From the NCBI GenBank assembly GCA_964391455.1, contig CAYMJQ010000005.1:1-44968 (forward strand): a DNA stretch of 44,968 nucleotides, written 5' to 3'. The notes below the pieces were generated by a model. It saw nothing but the letters and a program-made list of their open reading frames with translations. It searched no databases and was not told the DNA's origin. Source of the DNA: an uncultured Candidatus Saccharibacteria bacterium. Its GTDB lineage: Bacteria > Patescibacteriota > Minisyncoccia > Phycocordibacterales > DATDWN01. This document shows, one piece after another, positions 43,433 through 44,968 of this stretch (its first letter is position 1; each line of letters opens with the position of its first letter). A program made the position numbers and the translations under genes.

Positions 43433-43972
43433 ATGTTTAATTTACTTCCAGAAAGTATAAAAGATGTAATCAGAAAAGAATATAGACTTCGTCTATTTAT
43501 CATTATTTTATCTTTTATTGTAGCTGTCCAAATATCCTTTTTAGTTTTTCTTTTTCCAAGCTGGCTTATTTCTTCTTATAAAGAAAATGATTTTTTAGTA
43601 AGGAGTGATGAAGCTAACAGAGCTATTGTTTCTCTTGATATAGCATCTACAACTGAATCCATAAGATTATTGAATGAGAAGACAGTTTTGTTAGATAGTT
43701 TGTTGGAATATCCAAAAGTTATTCCATTAATAAATACTTTAATTTCTTTAAAAACTTCATCTATTAGATTTAATAGTATTAACTATGTATCAGAAGGTAA
43801 AAATAATGCTAGTTTATCTATAGAGGGAATAAGTGACAGAAGGGATTCTTTGGTTTCTTTTTCTGACAGCTTAAGAAACGATCCTATTTTTAAAGAAGTT
43901 GATTTACCCATCTCCAATCTGGCAAAAGATAGAAATATAGAATTTAATATAACAGTAAAAATTGAGATATAA
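43433..43972 (+). CDS. pilN: PilN-like bitopic pilus assembly protein
   Basis: MFNLLPESIK..EYRLR followed by a single TM helix. Start moved to the ATG at 43433, just after the pilM stop. Confidence 0.6.
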   Translation: MFNLLPESIKDVIRKEYRLRLFIIILSFIVAVQISFLVFLFPSWLISSYKENDFLVRSDEANRAIVSLDIASTTESIRLLNEKTVLLDSLLEYPKVIPLINTLISLKTSSIRFNSINYVSEGKNNASLSIEGISDRRDSLVSFSDSLRNDPIFKEVDLPISNLAKDRNIEFNITVKIEI

Positions 43973-43973
43973 A

Positions 43974-44528
43974 ATGTACCAAAATAAATCTTATAAAAAT
44001 ATAATAATATTATTAAGTTCCGCAACTCTACTTTTATTTGGGTTTATTTATTTTGCTTATTATCAGATAAAAGAAAAAAATGAAAATATTTTAAGGTTAC
44101 AACAAGACTTGTCTGCAAAAAGCGATAAACATGAATATTTGATATCTTTACAAAATACAATAAAAGAAATTGAATCAGAAATAGAAAAGGTGCAAAAGTC
44201 CATTATTCCAAAATCTAGAGACGTTGCCTTTATAGAAGACTTAGAGTCCATGGCTAGAAGTTATGGTTTGCAAATAGAAATTCAATCACTTAGTTTGGTA
44301 TCAGACAAGAATATAAATACAGATAAGATTGCTGTACTTAAAGTAAAAGCCAGAGCTTCTGGTTCCTGGTCATCTGTTTATAGGTTTGTATCTGAATTAG
44401 AATCACTAACTTATAAATTAAAAATTGATAAAATTGCTTTGTATACTAAATCGGATGGTTCTAGCACAATAAATAGAAATGCAGATTGGGAAGTTATATT
44501 TGAAATTAGTGTTTTAGAGGAAAAATAA
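43974..44528 (+). CDS. pilO: PilO-like bitopic protein
   Basis: Single TM helix, coiled coil, then a small C-terminal domain. Gene order pilM-N-O. Start at the ATG at 43974. Confidence 0.45.
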   Translation: MYQNKSYKNIIILLSSATLLLFGFIYFAYYQIKEKNENILRLQQDLSAKSDKHEYLISLQNTIKEIESEIEKVQKSIIPKSRDVAFIEDLESMARSYGLQIEIQSLSLVSDKNINTDKIAVLKVKARASGSWSSVYRFVSELESLTYKLKIDKIALYTKSDGSSTINRNADWEVIFEISVLEEK

Positions 44529-44529
44529 A

Positions 44530-44865
44530 ATGGAAAAATTAATTAATAAAATAAATATTTTTAATATTAGTTCAAATAAAAGGGATTTTTCTTTTGAAAA
44601 AAAAGGAATTAAACCAAAAAAACATTGGGTTATAATTATAATCTGTAGCACTATTATTGTTTTTATTTTAGCAATTATGTCTTTTTATTTTTATATTAAA
44701 ATTGACAATGGAACTCTCTTTAATATTAAAGATGAAGAGTTTGTTAATGAAATAGAGATTAATAAAGTTTTGTTAGACAAAATAACTAAAGATTTTGATT
44801 ATAGAGAGCAGAATTTAATAGAGATAAGAAGCGGTAAGGTAGTCCCAGCAAATCCAAATCTATAA
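44530..44865 (+). CDS. Hypothetical bitopic membrane protein at the end of the pilMNO cluster
   Basis: ORF abuts the pilO-like stop. Single TM helix. Confidence 0.45.
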   Translation: MEKLINKINIFNISSNKRDFSFEKKGIKPKKHWVIIIICSTIIVFILAIMSFYFYIKIDNGTLFNIKDEEFVNEIEINKVLLDKITKDFDYREQNLIEIRSGKVVPANPNL

Positions 44866-44908
44866 GAGTTAACATAAGTAAAAAAGTATGTTAATCTAGT
44901 ATTGCTTT

Positions 44909-44968
44909 GCTTTCGTAGTTCAATGGATAGAACAGAGCTCTTCTAAGGCTTTGATGTAGGTTCGATTC
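44909..44968 (+). tRNA. tRNA-Arg (anticodon UCU), 3' end cut by the window edge
   Basis: GCTTTCG-TA-GTTC-AATGGATA-GAAC-A-GAGCT-CTTCTAA-GGCTT-TGAT-GTAGG-TTCGATTC... Confidence 0.8.

Overview
AT-rich, tightly packed bacterial window. Its gene content and style fit a Patescibacteria/CPR-type genome (inference): giant secreted repeat proteins, type IV pilus genes pilB and pilMNO, shortened housekeeping proteins, and tRNA genes without encoded CCA. Bases 1-21 kb hold a cluster of very large secreted or surface proteins, interrupted by an RNase P RNA gene. The cluster contains a tail-fibre-like protein with an S74-type chaperone domain, an 821-aa and an 824-aa protein sharing an identical 306-bp 3' module, a class-A beta-lactamase-like hydrolase, an O-antigen-ligase/TPR-like protein, MurJ, and a 2234-aa multidomain protein with a 533-bp internal duplication. 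Bases 21-45 kb are housekeeping: lepA, ruvC-yebC-ruvB, pilB, tsaE-polA-holA-like, a TrmH-family methyltransferase, mutM, ruvX, rpsT, ruvA, pilMNO and four tRNA genes. Five things stand out. (i) rnpB is about 530 nt because of a long inserted helix that contains a GIY-YIG-like ORF remnant. (ii) Three short G+C-rich single-gene cassettes carry near-consensus promoters and Shine-Dalgarno sites. Hand counts give 32-37 G+C per 60 nt inside them versus 14 per 60 in one line of a neighbouring gene. Two encode lipoproteins and two abut tRNA 3' ends. The tRNA-Ser cassette is bracketed by extra copies of the tRNA 3' end, and no integrase is present. (iii) A family of G+C-enriched two-hairpin intergenic repeats has conserved linkers and compensatory stem changes. 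(iv) There is a tRNA-Arg with anticodon GCG. (v) Several large near-perfect repeats lie inside and between the surface-protein genes. I saw no CRISPR array, rRNA, transposase, integrase or reverse transcriptase. All functional calls rest on motifs read by eye and need HMM or covariance-model confirmation.
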